Origin: Nitrospirales bacterium
Lineage (GTDB): Bacteria > Nitrospirota > Nitrospiria > Nitrospirales > UBA8639
Direction of reading: 5' to 3'
Assembly (NCBI GenBank): GCA_963422365.1
Contig: OY729426.1
Coordinates: 704,001-768,000, forward strand
Length of the DNA stretch: 64,000 nt
The translations under genes were made by a program, and so were the position numbers. Shown piece after piece: positions 45,707-55,700 of the stretch. The notes beneath the pieces were generated by a model. That model worked only from the letters and a program-made list of their open reading frames with translations, made no database searches and had not been told where the DNA came from. Positions within the stretch are counted from its first letter, which is position 1. Every line of letters begins with the position of its first letter.

Positions 45707-46613
45707 TCAATAACAATGAAGGAGCTTCTCCACATTTTCCCGTGACGGCGCAAACCAGTATGAACTTGTGACCGGTTTGGAATAGTGGATAAGCCGGTCG
45801 GAAATCCCGTCTCCGGAGGCACCGAACATACGCTCCAGCAGGACCTGAAACCGGTGCAGCTCACAGGAGAAGGCGAGGAAGTCCAAGTCATACTCTTCGA
45901 CCGTTCCGTAGGGCGCACTCCGTCTGACAATCTTCAGGACCTTCCCGTTTTCTTGATAATCGGTCCGGCTTACGTGTGAAGCCGGGGGCATGGCCTCGCC
46001 TTTGAGTTCAAGGCTGTCCGGCTTGGTCCGGCCCACGACCTGTTCCTGTTCGGACAGGAACAGGTGATTGAAAGCGGGGAAGTCATGCCCCACTGCTGAG
46101 ACAACACAACCGCTCCTCCCGCCCCGTCTGCCCTTCAGGGATCAGAGCGGCTTCACGAGCCTTGTCTTCTTTGGGATTCGCGCTTCCGTCAATGAATCCA
46201 ATGAGGTCTCGTGACTCCCGGTACTGAAATCCAGCCCAGTCAAGCTTGAGTGCTCCGACTGTTCGCATGAACGAATGGATGGCCAGCACAACCTGCATGT
46301 TGACATCCAGGCGACCGCTCTGAATCCAAAACAGGATGTCCCGTTGCGTTGAAGGAACGGAATAGCCATCGACTCCTGAAAGAGCCGAAAAGGCTTGTAA
46401 TCCCTCAGGGTGCCACGAGGGGTTCAATGGCTCCCAAGTGTCTTTGCCAAATGCGAGAACAGGATCGGATGCCTCCCCTCCTTTGATAGCCAGTGCTGAC
46501 TGAATAGCCCGTCGTATATCTTGCGTCGCAGCATGAGGGTGAAGTTGATACTCCAAGTAATCAAAATGAGTGCGGCCTTCAGTAAAAATCCCTGCTTGTG
46601 GTAACGATGTCAT
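45707..46613 (-). pseudogene. Dyp-type peroxidase, frameshifted near 46120
   Basis: 'PQAGIF', 'GFIDGSANP', 'QEQVVGRTK', 'SHV', 'IVRRSAPYG', 'SYWFAPS' split over two frames. Confidence 0.88.
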
Positions 46614-46750
46614 CGTCCGGTTACCTTTTCCGCTTCGGTTATTTCCTCTCTATTAGACAGGACTCAGGTCACCCTGTTTTTTCGGGGAACGTCGTTGGTG
46701 ACGTCACGGGTTGACAGACCCTTGAAAATAGGGGACAAAGACGGTCGGAT

Positions 46751-46826
46751 GCGCCCGTAGCTCAATGGATAGAGCATCAGACTTCGGATCTGAGGGTTGG
46801 GGGTTCGACTCCCTCCGGGCGCGCCA
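46751..46826 (+). tRNA. tRNA-Arg(UCG)
   Basis: GCGCCCG acceptor stem, anticodon arm TCAGA-CTTCGGA-TCTGA, GGTTCGACTCC T-arm, encoded CCA. Confidence 0.96.
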
Positions 46827-47028
46827 TCCCATCCGATAACCCAGGGCAAGATCGAGTGCTGGCATCAGGCCTTAAAGAACCGCCTCCTGTTGGAAAACTC
46901 CTGCCTAGTTTATCTGGCGAATCAAAAATCGGGCATAAATTAGCTCGATGCTCGTTGAATAGGCAGCCAAGGATTTGGTAAGTTCTTTTCAATTAGGTGA
47001 AAAATACCTTTCAAATTTAAAGCCCTAT

Positions 47029-47811
47029 ATGGCATCACAGCCAATAGTACCGTCCTATTCCCACCCCCCAGTTCGAGAAGCCATCATTGATATTCAAATA
47101 GATGCGCTTTCTGAAGAGTTGCTTCCCAAACTAAAAGACTGCGGCACTGAGATTGAATCCGATTATCCTAAGACAAAAACTCAGCGAGGTACGATCTCTC
47201 TGAAGGTTTCTGATGGTGACGTGACATCGGAACAAAACCGACAACTTTTTGGTGGTTATAGTTTCCACTCCTCAGATGAAAGCAGATGCGTTCAATTGAG
47301 ACTCGATGGGTTTACTTTCAATCTCCTAAAGCCAGACCCTATGGCAGCATGGCCTGGTTGGAATGTTCTACGGGATGAAGCTCAAAGGGTATGGGATAAA
47401 TACGTAATGGTAACGAATACGGTTGAAATCAAACGTCTTGCAGTTCGGTACATCAATCAGATCGTTATTCCTGCCGGTGAAATAGAACTCCTTGATTATT
47501 TTACTGAACCACCGAGAATTCCAAATGGACTTCCCCAACATCTAAATCATTTTTTTAGTCGTATCGTGGTTAATAATCCAGACCCGAAAGCCTTTGTTAT
47601 TATTACACAAACCCCAGAACCTCAACCGCACCAAAGTCAACCAACTTTCACCCTCGATATTGATGTCATAAAAGAACAACGTCTGCCGTTAGACAGTTTT
47701 GATTTGTGGAGTACCCTTGATCGCTTCCGTGAGTTGAAGAATACTGTCTTTGAGGCAAGTTTACATCCAAAAGCCAAAAAACTTTTTGGACCGGAGGAAA
47801 GAAACAAATGA
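47029..47811 (+). CDS. TIGR04255-like protein
   Basis: 'YSHPPVREAIIDIQ', 'IKRLAVRYINQI', 'FTLDIDV', 'KNTVFE' match the family pattern as recalled. Confidence 0.75.
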   Translation: MASQPIVPSYSHPPVREAIIDIQIDALSEELLPKLKDCGTEIESDYPKTKTQRGTISLKVSDGDVTSEQNRQLFGGYSFHSSDESRCVQLRLDGFTFNLLKPDPMAAWPGWNVLRDEAQRVWDKYVMVTNTVEIKRLAVRYINQIVIPAGEIELLDYFTEPPRIPNGLPQHLNHFFSRIVVNNPDPKAFVIITQTPEPQPHQSQPTFTLDIDVIKEQRLPLDSFDLWSTLDRFRELKNTVFEASLHPKAKKLFGPEERNK

Positions 47812-48326
47812 GTTTTGGAACGTTAGAAATGGCACCTGCTTCCAACACCTTAGAAAAAGGTGTCGGGAAGGATTCAAACCAGTTGTGGAAAACTGACAAA
47901 GAAGTGTCTCGTCATGCCACTCAACCGATCACATCAGGTGGTTGGAAACGTCTACTCGTGAGCGAGGCTTTTGAAATTTATAGCGAATGCTCAGAACCTG
48001 GTTGGGATGGGTATGATGCCTTGCCACTTTCCAAAGATTCCTTTTTACATGCACTCAGCTTTATCGACCTGATTCCGGTCTGGGCAGCCCCGCCCGATCT
48101 TGTCCCATCTCCTGATGGGTGGATCTCTTTTGAATGGCGTTCGCGCCAGGATAGAATTTTGTCAGTCACTCCAGAAAACGGAGTTTTGATCTATGCGACA
48201 ACGGTAGGCCCCAAAAATGTGCATTATGGGGGAGTTCCTTTGGAAGGATATCGAGAAAAATTACCACCTAACATAGCTGAAATATTATGTGAGTATTTTT
48301 ACAATGAAAGAACGTTCTCCTTCTGA
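47808..48326 (+). CDS. Hypothetical protein (GWDGYDA motif)
   Basis: ATGA overlap with the previous gene; 'EPGWDGYDALP', 'PSPDGWISFEW'. Confidence 0.7.
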   Translation: MSFGTLEMAPASNTLEKGVGKDSNQLWKTDKEVSRHATQPITSGGWKRLLVSEAFEIYSECSEPGWDGYDALPLSKDSFLHALSFIDLIPVWAAPPDLVPSPDGWISFEWRSRQDRILSVTPENGVLIYATTVGPKNVHYGGVPLEGYREKLPPNIAEILCEYFYNERTFSF

Positions 48327-48735
48327 TGTCGTTTCCGAAGAGCGCATTAGCCGGTATATTTTGAATAGGAGACACATCAAGCCTGAAAAGGATGAAATTA
48401 AGGTTGATGCCTTTCTGCCAACCAACCCTAAACCGGAACAACCGGAACGGCAAATTTCTGTTTACCGCACTATAAATTGTGAAGAAACTGAAATCTGGTC
48501 TATTGGCGCTCAATATGTCGAAAATCCCGGGAAAAATCGTGTGGTCCTTGCAAGAGGCGATCTCTTGGCACAAACGGTATACAGTCAGGATTTACGTATA
48601 GTTCCTCATCCTTTCCCCCATCCTCGTCACGCCAATATTGTCAATTGGCCGAATGAAGAGAACAAAGCACGTCGAAAAGTCAAAGCCGTATTGTTAGCTC
48701 AAAAATCGAGGCTTATTGTTAGACCTTCGACATAA
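48304..48735 (+). CDS. Hypothetical protein, possible RES/ART-like fold
   Basis: Overlaps the previous gene; 'ISRYI', 'AFLP', 'ISVYR', 'HANIVNWP'. Confidence 0.65.
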   Translation: MKERSPSDVVSEERISRYILNRRHIKPEKDEIKVDAFLPTNPKPEQPERQISVYRTINCEETEIWSIGAQYVENPGKNRVVLARGDLLAQTVYSQDLRIVPHPFPHPRHANIVNWPNEENKARRKVKAVLLAQKSRLIVRPST

Positions 48736-48932
48736 AGTTACTCCCTCTAGGGTGTATTGCTAGGTCATTCATTTTCATGTCCTGGAGCCATCCATCAATT
48801 TGGTATGAGATCTGATATAACAAGTTTCCCTGGGATCGAAAAAGACCGACCTCGCCCCCCTGTTTTCGCCACTCCAATTGCCCCACCATACTGAGCCGGA
48901 CTCATCCGGTCGTCAAAAAGAGGATCAGCGCA

Positions 48933-50489
48933 GTGATCGACGCCTTCATCATCATTAGCTATTTCGTCATCATTCTGCTCATTGGCCTTTGGTCACGGGT
49001 CAGGGCCAAGGACGTGTCGGTCAACGAGTATTTTTTAAGCTCGAATCGCCTGCGATGGCCCACCATCGCCATGTCGACCATCGGCACGAACATTCATGCC
49101 GGCCACTTCCTGGGGATGATGGGCTCTGCCTACCTGTACGGCCTGGCCCAGGCCAATTTAGAGATCAATGCGATTTTCGGCATTCTCGTCGCTGCGTTTA
49201 TCTTCGTCCCCTTCTATTTGAAACACAGGGTCATCACCATCTCGCAATTTTTTGAAGAGAAATTCGGCCCCCGCGTGGCGCTGACCTACTCCCTCTTGAG
49301 CCTCGCTCTCTTCGCCACGGTGTACGTCGGCGCGGTCCTGTTTTGGGGAGCATATGCGGTCCATGCCACGTTTGGCGACCACCTGCATTTCATCAGTGAC
49401 AATCCCGTGATACGAGTCGCCGTGATCCTTGTTCTGTTAGGCATGTTCTCGGCGATCTACACGCTGTTAGGTGGACTCACGGCCGTCGTGCGCACGGACG
49501 TCTTTCAATGTGTTCTGTTGCTGCTGGGCGGGGTGATTCTCCTGTATCTCTCCGTGAAGGAGTTGGGAGGCTGGGAGCAGCTTTACGAGAAGACGCCTCA
49601 GCTGATGCACCTCCACCTTCCCACGGATCATCCGACGTTGCCGTGGACCGCCATTTTCAGCATGCTGCTGCTGAACCTCAACTACTGGGGGTGTAATCAG
49701 GTCATCCTCCAGCGAGCCCTGGCTGCCAAGAATTTGCGAGAGGCTCAGATCGGGCTGTTGGTGGGGGGCGTACTCAAATACGTCATGGCCGGGATCATCA
49801 TTCTCCCCGGCGTGGCCTTGGCCGGCATGTTGATGGACAATCCTCTCCAAGACCCCGACCAGAGTTATATCGTCTTGATTGATACGCTTCTCCCCACGGG
49901 GTTGCGTGGCGTCATTCTTGTGGGACTGTTTGCCTCGCTCATGAGCTCGGTGGATTCCATGTTTCATTCGTTGTCCACGTTGTGGTCGATCGACGTGTAC
50001 AAACGGTATCTCAATCCCACGGCCAGCGACCAACAGGTCGTCAGGGTCGGTAAATGGGCCATCGTGGTCTGCTTGGTGACCGGCATCCTGTTTGGCTTCT
50101 TGCAACTGTACGTCAAATATCAGGACCCCGGCTTTGCCCTGACCCATTGGTTTAATGACGTGTCGTACTATATGAAGAATGGCTTCGTGGTGTTGATCTG
50201 CACGGCGATTTTCTTGATCAAGCCCTCTCCCAAGCTGGTGCTTTATGCCCTCTTCTTGAGCATCGCGGTGTCCCTGGGTTTGAAATTCACCGTTCCCGAT
50301 ATGGCGTATTTTAACCGCGCCCTGTATACCATTGTCCTCACCTTTGCCGTGGTGGCGATTCCCACGGTGGCCAAAAACGGGTGGCGAATCAAAAGGCAAG
50401 ACCTTGTTCAGATCGCCAGCCCGACAATCGGATACTGTGCCCTCGGTCTGGGCCTTTCCCTCATGGTCGTACATGTGGTCTTTCACTGA
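48933..50489 (+). CDS. Sodium:solute symporter (SSS/SLC5)
   Basis: 'GGLTAVVRTDVFQ', 'YWGCNQVILQRALAA', 'ASLMSSVDS'; multiple TM helices. Confidence 0.93.
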   Translation: MIDAFIIISYFVIILLIGLWSRVRAKDVSVNEYFLSSNRLRWPTIAMSTIGTNIHAGHFLGMMGSAYLYGLAQANLEINAIFGILVAAFIFVPFYLKHRVITISQFFEEKFGPRVALTYSLLSLALFATVYVGAVLFWGAYAVHATFGDHLHFISDNPVIRVAVILVLLGMFSAIYTLLGGLTAVVRTDVFQCVLLLLGGVILLYLSVKELGGWEQLYEKTPQLMHLHLPTDHPTLPWTAIFSMLLLNLNYWGCNQVILQRALAAKNLREAQIGLLVGGVLKYVMAGIIILPGVALAGMLMDNPLQDPDQSYIVLIDTLLPTGLRGVILVGLFASLMSSVDSMFHSLSTLWSIDVYKRYLNPTASDQQVVRVGKWAIVVCLVTGILFGFLQLYVKYQDPGFALTHWFNDVSYYMKNGFVVLICTAIFLIKPSPKLVLYALFLSIAVSLGLKFTVPDMAYFNRALYTIVLTFAVVAIPTVAKNGWRIKRQDLVQIASPTIGYCALGLGLSLMVVHVVFH

Positions 50490-50616
50490 CGTGGCCGGCC
50501 TGTGATTGAGAAGCGATCTCAAATGTGTCATTCTGCATTCTGCAGAACGCGCGACGAACGGTCATCCCTGCAGTGTGTGGCGGGGATCTAGGAATTTCAA
50601 ACCTCTGCCTTGCCAC

Positions 50617-50796
50617 ATGGTGGTGTACGCTGGGGCGTGCCATAGCTTCACCAATTCCGGTGCTGATGCGCACGGGATCGACGCCTTGAAGTACGATCAA
50701 CGGGCCAATGAGCGGTCTTGGAAGCACATGCAGCTTTTTTTCGATGAAATCTTTCACGGTTCCGAGCAGGGACTTCCACCGTCTTTAGCCCACTGA
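50617..50796 (+). pseudogene. Dienelactone hydrolase C-terminal fragment
   Basis: 'VYAGACHSFTN...YDQRANERSWKHMQLFFDEIF'; N-terminal part absent. Confidence 0.75.
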
Positions 50797-50812
50797 TCAT
50801 TGCAACGTTTCT

Positions 50813-50837
50813 GTCATTCCCGCGACAGCGGGAATCC
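50813..50837. repeat. dRS3-like palindrome ATTCCC-N8-GGGAAT
   Basis: GTCATTCCCGCGACAGCGGGAATCC. Confidence 0.6.
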
Positions 50838-50902
50838 GGATTGGTGGCTCAAACGCCTTTGGACCGCTGATCGTTTCAGCCAACTGGAATCTCCTCCTCC
50901 CC

Positions 50903-52138
50903 ATGGATTTATTTGACATCCTCGCCGTGGTACTCACTCTGACTGCCGGATTCTCGTATCTCAACTGCCGGTTCGTTGGATTACCAGTCACCATCGGCGT
51001 GATGGTGATTGCCTTAGCGGTTTCTCTCCTGCTGCAGGGGATTGATCTCTTGGGGTATCACCTGGAGGCCCATGCAGCCGGGTGGCTTCAATCAATCGAC
51101 TTTAATCAGACGCTGCTTCACGGCATGTTGAGTTTTTTGCTCTTTGCCGGAGCCTTGCACGTGAATCTCAACGATCTGTTCAACCAAAAATGGACCATCG
51201 GGTCGTTGGCCACCGTCGGCATCCTGCTCTCGACCGTGTTGGTCGGGACCTTCACGTATGAGGTGTTGGCCCTGATCGGCATTCCGCTTCCCTATCTCAC
51301 CTGCCTGGTTTTTGGAGCCTTGATTTCTCCGACTGATCCCATTGCGGTGTTGAGCATCTTGAAAAACGCCAAAGCTCCCAAAAGCTTGGAAGTGAAGATT
51401 ACCGGAGAATCGCTCTTTAACGATGGCGTGGGCGTCGTGGTCTTTGTAGTCCTGGCTGAAGTGGCGGCTGGAACCCACGAACCCACCTTGACCCATATCG
51501 TGGGTCTGTTCGCCCAAGAAGCCGTGGGTGGACTCGTCTTTGGATTAGGATTGGGCTATCTGACCTATTGGCTCGTCAAAAGCATCGACAATTATCAAGT
51601 CGAAGTCATGATTACCCTGGCTGCCGTGACCGGCGGCTATGCGTTGGCCAGCGCGCTCCACCTTTCCGGTCCCCTTGCTGTGGTGGTGGCCGGGTTGCTG
51701 GTGGGCAATCAGGGTCGAGTGTTGGGGATGTCGGAGAAAACGCGGGAGCATCTTGATACATTTTGGGAACTGGTCGATGAAATCTTGAACGCGGTCCTGT
51801 TTGTCTTGATCGGCCTGGAAGTGCTGGTTCTCACGTTTACCCAGGAATATCTCCTCGCAAGCGCGGTGATGATTCCTCTGATTCTCCTGTCGCGGCTTGC
51901 GGCGATTGGGCTGCCCCTTGCGCTTCTGCGTCGCGTGCGATCATTCACCCCCTGGGCCACGTGGTTGATGACGTGGGGAGGCTTGCGTGGAGGCATCAGC
52001 GTTGCCCTGGCCTTGTCACTCCCCACCGGACCAGAACGAGACGTCATCCTGGCGATGACCTACGTGGTGGTCGTCTTCTCCATCGTGGTCCAGGGGCTGA
52101 CCATGGAAAAGCTGGTCAAAGCCCTGATCCCCCGTTGA
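50903..52138 (+). CDS. Na+/H+ antiporter, CPA1/NhaP family
   Basis: 'ISPTDPIAV', 'GESLFNDG', 'WGGLRGGISVAL'. Confidence 0.94.
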   Translation: MDLFDILAVVLTLTAGFSYLNCRFVGLPVTIGVMVIALAVSLLLQGIDLLGYHLEAHAAGWLQSIDFNQTLLHGMLSFLLFAGALHVNLNDLFNQKWTIGSLATVGILLSTVLVGTFTYEVLALIGIPLPYLTCLVFGALISPTDPIAVLSILKNAKAPKSLEVKITGESLFNDGVGVVVFVVLAEVAAGTHEPTLTHIVGLFAQEAVGGLVFGLGLGYLTYWLVKSIDNYQVEVMITLAAVTGGYALASALHLSGPLAVVVAGLLVGNQGRVLGMSEKTREHLDTFWELVDEILNAVLFVLIGLEVLVLTFTQEYLLASAVMIPLILLSRLAAIGLPLALLRRVRSFTPWATWLMTWGGLRGGISVALALSLPTGPERDVILAMTYVVVVFSIVVQGLTMEKLVKALIPR

Positions 52139-52237
52139 GTGAAAGAGGAATGCCACCCACAAGAAAGAGCATCCTGCATAGGCAATGTTGAAGACAGGAA
52201 CAACTTCGTGAACTTCGGCAACGACACGGATGAAATT

Positions 52238-52426
52238 TTGAAAAATAGGGACGGGAACACTTCGGTCACCCCTGCAACGGTCCTACTCCATCGGCGGATC
52301 GGCACCTCGCCCGCTCCCCGGATGTTGACACCATACGAAATCGACTTGCTACGGCAAAGCAAGCGAGAAATCGACCAAGTCGAACACGAAGTCTTCGCGC
52401 GCAAAAACAAGAGATCGCAAACCTGA
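52238..52426 (+). CDS. Small hypothetical protein
   Basis: Helical C-terminus 'MLTPYEIDLLRQSKREIDQVEHEVF'; start uncertain. Confidence 0.35.
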   Translation: MKNRDGNTSVTPATVLLHRRIGTSPAPRMLTPYEIDLLRQSKREIDQVEHEVFARKNKRSQT

Positions 52427-52523
52427 AGCGCGTTTGCAAGACGGTTTTCGCAGTGTTCAACCGCAGCCCAGTTGTGATAAAGTGGATGGAAGGATGAGAG
52501 GGTCGTATGAGAGGGTCGTGATC

Positions 52524-52681
52524 GTGAATGACGATTTCAACGCAGATTTCGAGAAACTCATGGGGTTTCCTCCGTTCGATTGGCAGAAATGCTTTTTGCC
52601 ACAATTCTTTCGTCAAGAGCCATATTCCTTCCGTGCTCGATCCCGATGAGTCTCGGCAAAGCTTCGGTCATGGCGATCTGA
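52524..52681 (+). pseudogene. N-terminal relic of a second type I-G Cas3
   Basis: 'DFNADFEKLMGFPPFDWQK' (Q motif); across frameshifts 'HIPSVLD/PMSLGKASVMAI*', a decayed 'DIPTGLGKT' Walker A. Confidence 0.7.
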
Positions 52682-52721
52682 TATCTGTTCCTGAAGACCG
52701 AGGATAGAATACATCGCTGTC

Positions 52722-55700
52722 ATGAATGCGTTTGACCATCTCTTCACCAAAATTACTGGGTATGACAAGGCGTATCAGTGGCAAGTGGAACTTGCGAGTC
52801 CAACCGACTGCGGGAATCGCCTGATTTGCATTCCGACCGGCTTTGGCAAGACCCTGGGCGTTCTCGCAACCTGGGTGTGGCATCGCGTACACAACCCCAG
52901 TGACACTTGGCCGCGCCGTCTGGTCTGGTGTCTGCCCATGCGGGTGCTGGTCGAGCAGACGGAAAGCGAAGTCCGCGCGGCGCTCGACCGTCTGGGGCTG
53001 CTATGGGATGGGAAAAGCCCTCACGACGGCAAGGTTGGCGTTCACCTGCTGATGGGCGGTGCCGACGCCGGCCAATGGCACCTCTATCCGGAATGCGACG
53101 CCGTGCTGATCGGGACGCAGGACATGCTGCTTTCACGAGCCATGAACCGGGGCTATGCGAGCCCCCGGGCGCGCTGGCCCATGGAGTTCGGGCTGCTGAA
53201 CCAGGATGCCCTGTGGGTGATGGACGAGGTGCAGTTGATGGATGTGGGCCTTGCCACCTCAGGACAACTTCAGGTGTTTCGGGGCGATGACCAAGCCGCC
53301 AAGAAGTCGTTGCGGCCCTGCTTCACTTGGTGGATGAGCGCAACGTTGCAGCGCACTTGGCTGGAAAAGAGCCCGGACACGGCCGACTTGACCGCTGAGC
53401 TCGCCCGGAAGACGCACGGCATTGGCTCCAAGGATCGGGTGGGCCGCCTATGGAATGACGTGATCAAGCCTTGGGAAGCCGTTCCGTTCACCAATCCGCA
53501 GGAGCTCGCTGAGGATCTGTCCCAACGTCACCGTGATCTTGGTTGCGGAAAGAAGGGGCCGACGCTGGTTGTGCTCAATACGGTGGAGCGGGCCGTTGCA
53601 GTCTGGACGGCGCTTCGGCGGGACAGGACGCTGCGGGACGCGGATACGGACATTCGCTTGACGCACAGCCGCTTCCGCCCCGTCGAACGCCAAGCTTGGC
53701 GCGCAGAATTCCTGAACCGCGAGGCTTGCAGCCCGGGAACGAATCGCATCATCGTTTCCACCCAGGTCGTCGAGGCGGGCGTGGACATCTCGGCATCACT
53801 GCTGGTCACCGAGCTGGCACCCTGGCCAAGTTTGGTGCAGCGGTTCGGCCGGTGCGCACGGTGGGGTGGAATGGGTCGGGTCGTCGTTGCGGACTTCGGG
53901 CACGACAGCGACAAGAAAGCCGCTCCCTACTCAGAGGATGAGCTCGATGCCGCGTGTGAAGCCTGCAAGGATCTGCCGTACGTTGGGCCCATCCATCTCG
54001 AATGCTTCGAGGATGCGCATGAAGCGTTGCTGCCGCGCCTCTATCCCTATGAACCCAGGCACTTGTTGCTGCGCCACGAATTGGACGAACTGTTCGACAC
54101 TTCTCCAGATTTGTCCGGGGCGGACATCGATATCAGCCGTTTCATACGCTCTGGCGACGAACGCGACGTGCAGGTCTTTTGGGCCGATGTCGAAGACAAG
54201 TCGCATCCAGCATCGAACCTGAAGCCGAAGCGCGACGAGCTTTGCAGCGTACCCTTCCTCAAGGCTCGCGAATGGCTATGCGCATCACCGAAGTCGGAGA
54301 AGCTGAAACCCGACGCTCACGCATGGGTCTGGGACTGGCTTGACCGCAAGTGGCGCCGTGCCGGACGCCGTGACCTCCATCCGGGCCAGACGGTGCTGGT
54401 TGACAGCGGAGTGGGGGGCTACGACCGTGCTCGAGGCTGGGACCCGAATTCCAAGGCTCCGGTCGAGCCAGTGAGCCTCGTGGACGAGGAGCCCACTGGT
54501 CACCGCCCTTGCTGGAAACGCGACGGCGACGGCTGGCTTCCGAGCGAGCGTCGCATTCGCAAGCTTCCGCCCGAGGACCTCGCCGATGACGCTGAAGAAG
54601 ATGAATCGCTGAGTGTGTCCGGTTGGCAGACCATCGCCAGCCACGGCCTGCAGGTGGGCGAGGAGGTCGAATGCATTGCCAAGGGGGTTGCGCCATCGGA
54701 AGCTCGGCTGCTGCACTTGGCCGGACGCTGGCACGATCTCGGCAAGGCGCATCCGGCTTTTCAAGGCTCCATTCAGGCCCACGACCGCCCTGAACGAGAC
54801 GACATCGCCAAAGCGCCGGACCGCGCTTGGCCGTGCAGCCCGAACAACATGTACCGCATCGATGTTACGGACCAACGGCGCGGATTTCGCCACGAACTGG
54901 CGAGCGCACTCGGCCTGTTCGGCGTTCTGCAACGACATGATTCGCAGCATCCGGCGCTGCTCGGCCCGTGGCGCGAGTGGTTCGACGCCATGGGAGATGC
55001 CCATACGACGGAAGATTCCACTTGCGGCGCGGTCACTGCCAAGCCCACGGCCATCGAACAGGAGATACTCGATCTCGCCGCCGCCGAGTTCGACTTGCTC
55101 GCCTATCTGGTTTGCGCCCACCACGGCAAGGTGCGGATGGCTTGGCACGCAAGCCCCGCCGACCAGAAGGCGGATGATCGCCGGCTGCGCATACGAGGCG
55201 TTCGGGAGGACGACATATTGCCGCCGCTGCCATTGGCCGACGCCGCCGGCAAGTTCCAGGAACTGCCCGCGACGGCGCTGGACCTGTCTCCTTCCGAAGC
55301 GGGTTTGAGCGTTCGAACCGGCAGGAGCTGGACCGAGCGCGTGCTGAATCTCGTCGAGCGCTTCGGACCGTTCACGTTGGCCTGGCTGGAAGCTCTGCTG
55401 CGCGCCGCCGATCAGCGCGCCTCGATGAAAGTGATTACGGATACGCTGTTACAGGAACAGGAGAACAACGATGCCGGACAATCATTGGGTAAAAGCCATC
55501 GAACACTGGCGCCTCCTGCCGGAGGAGGAGCGTCAACGACGCCACCAGGAGTCGATCCCCCGTCACGTCGCCAACTCCATGGCGATGGAGGGCGAGCCGG
55601 TGGACGAAGCGTGGATTCGGGAACGACTCGCCCTCCGCATTCGGCCACCCGCTACGTCGAAACCGCCCTCGGCATCCTGAGCTATCAGGAACTCGCCCCG

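Noticed and set aside
46664..46992. Short minus-strand ORFs over the tRNA
   Set aside because: Spurious translations of the tRNA antisense strand
49467..50531. 354-aa minus-strand ORF
   Set aside because: Antisense shadow of the SSS symporter; no recognisable motifs
54285..55148. Long antisense/alternate-frame ORFs in the cas operon (also 59993-60685, 54613-55308)
   Set aside because: Expected in GC-rich DNA; unlike 55471-55680 they lack an RBS plus a context-appropriate motif
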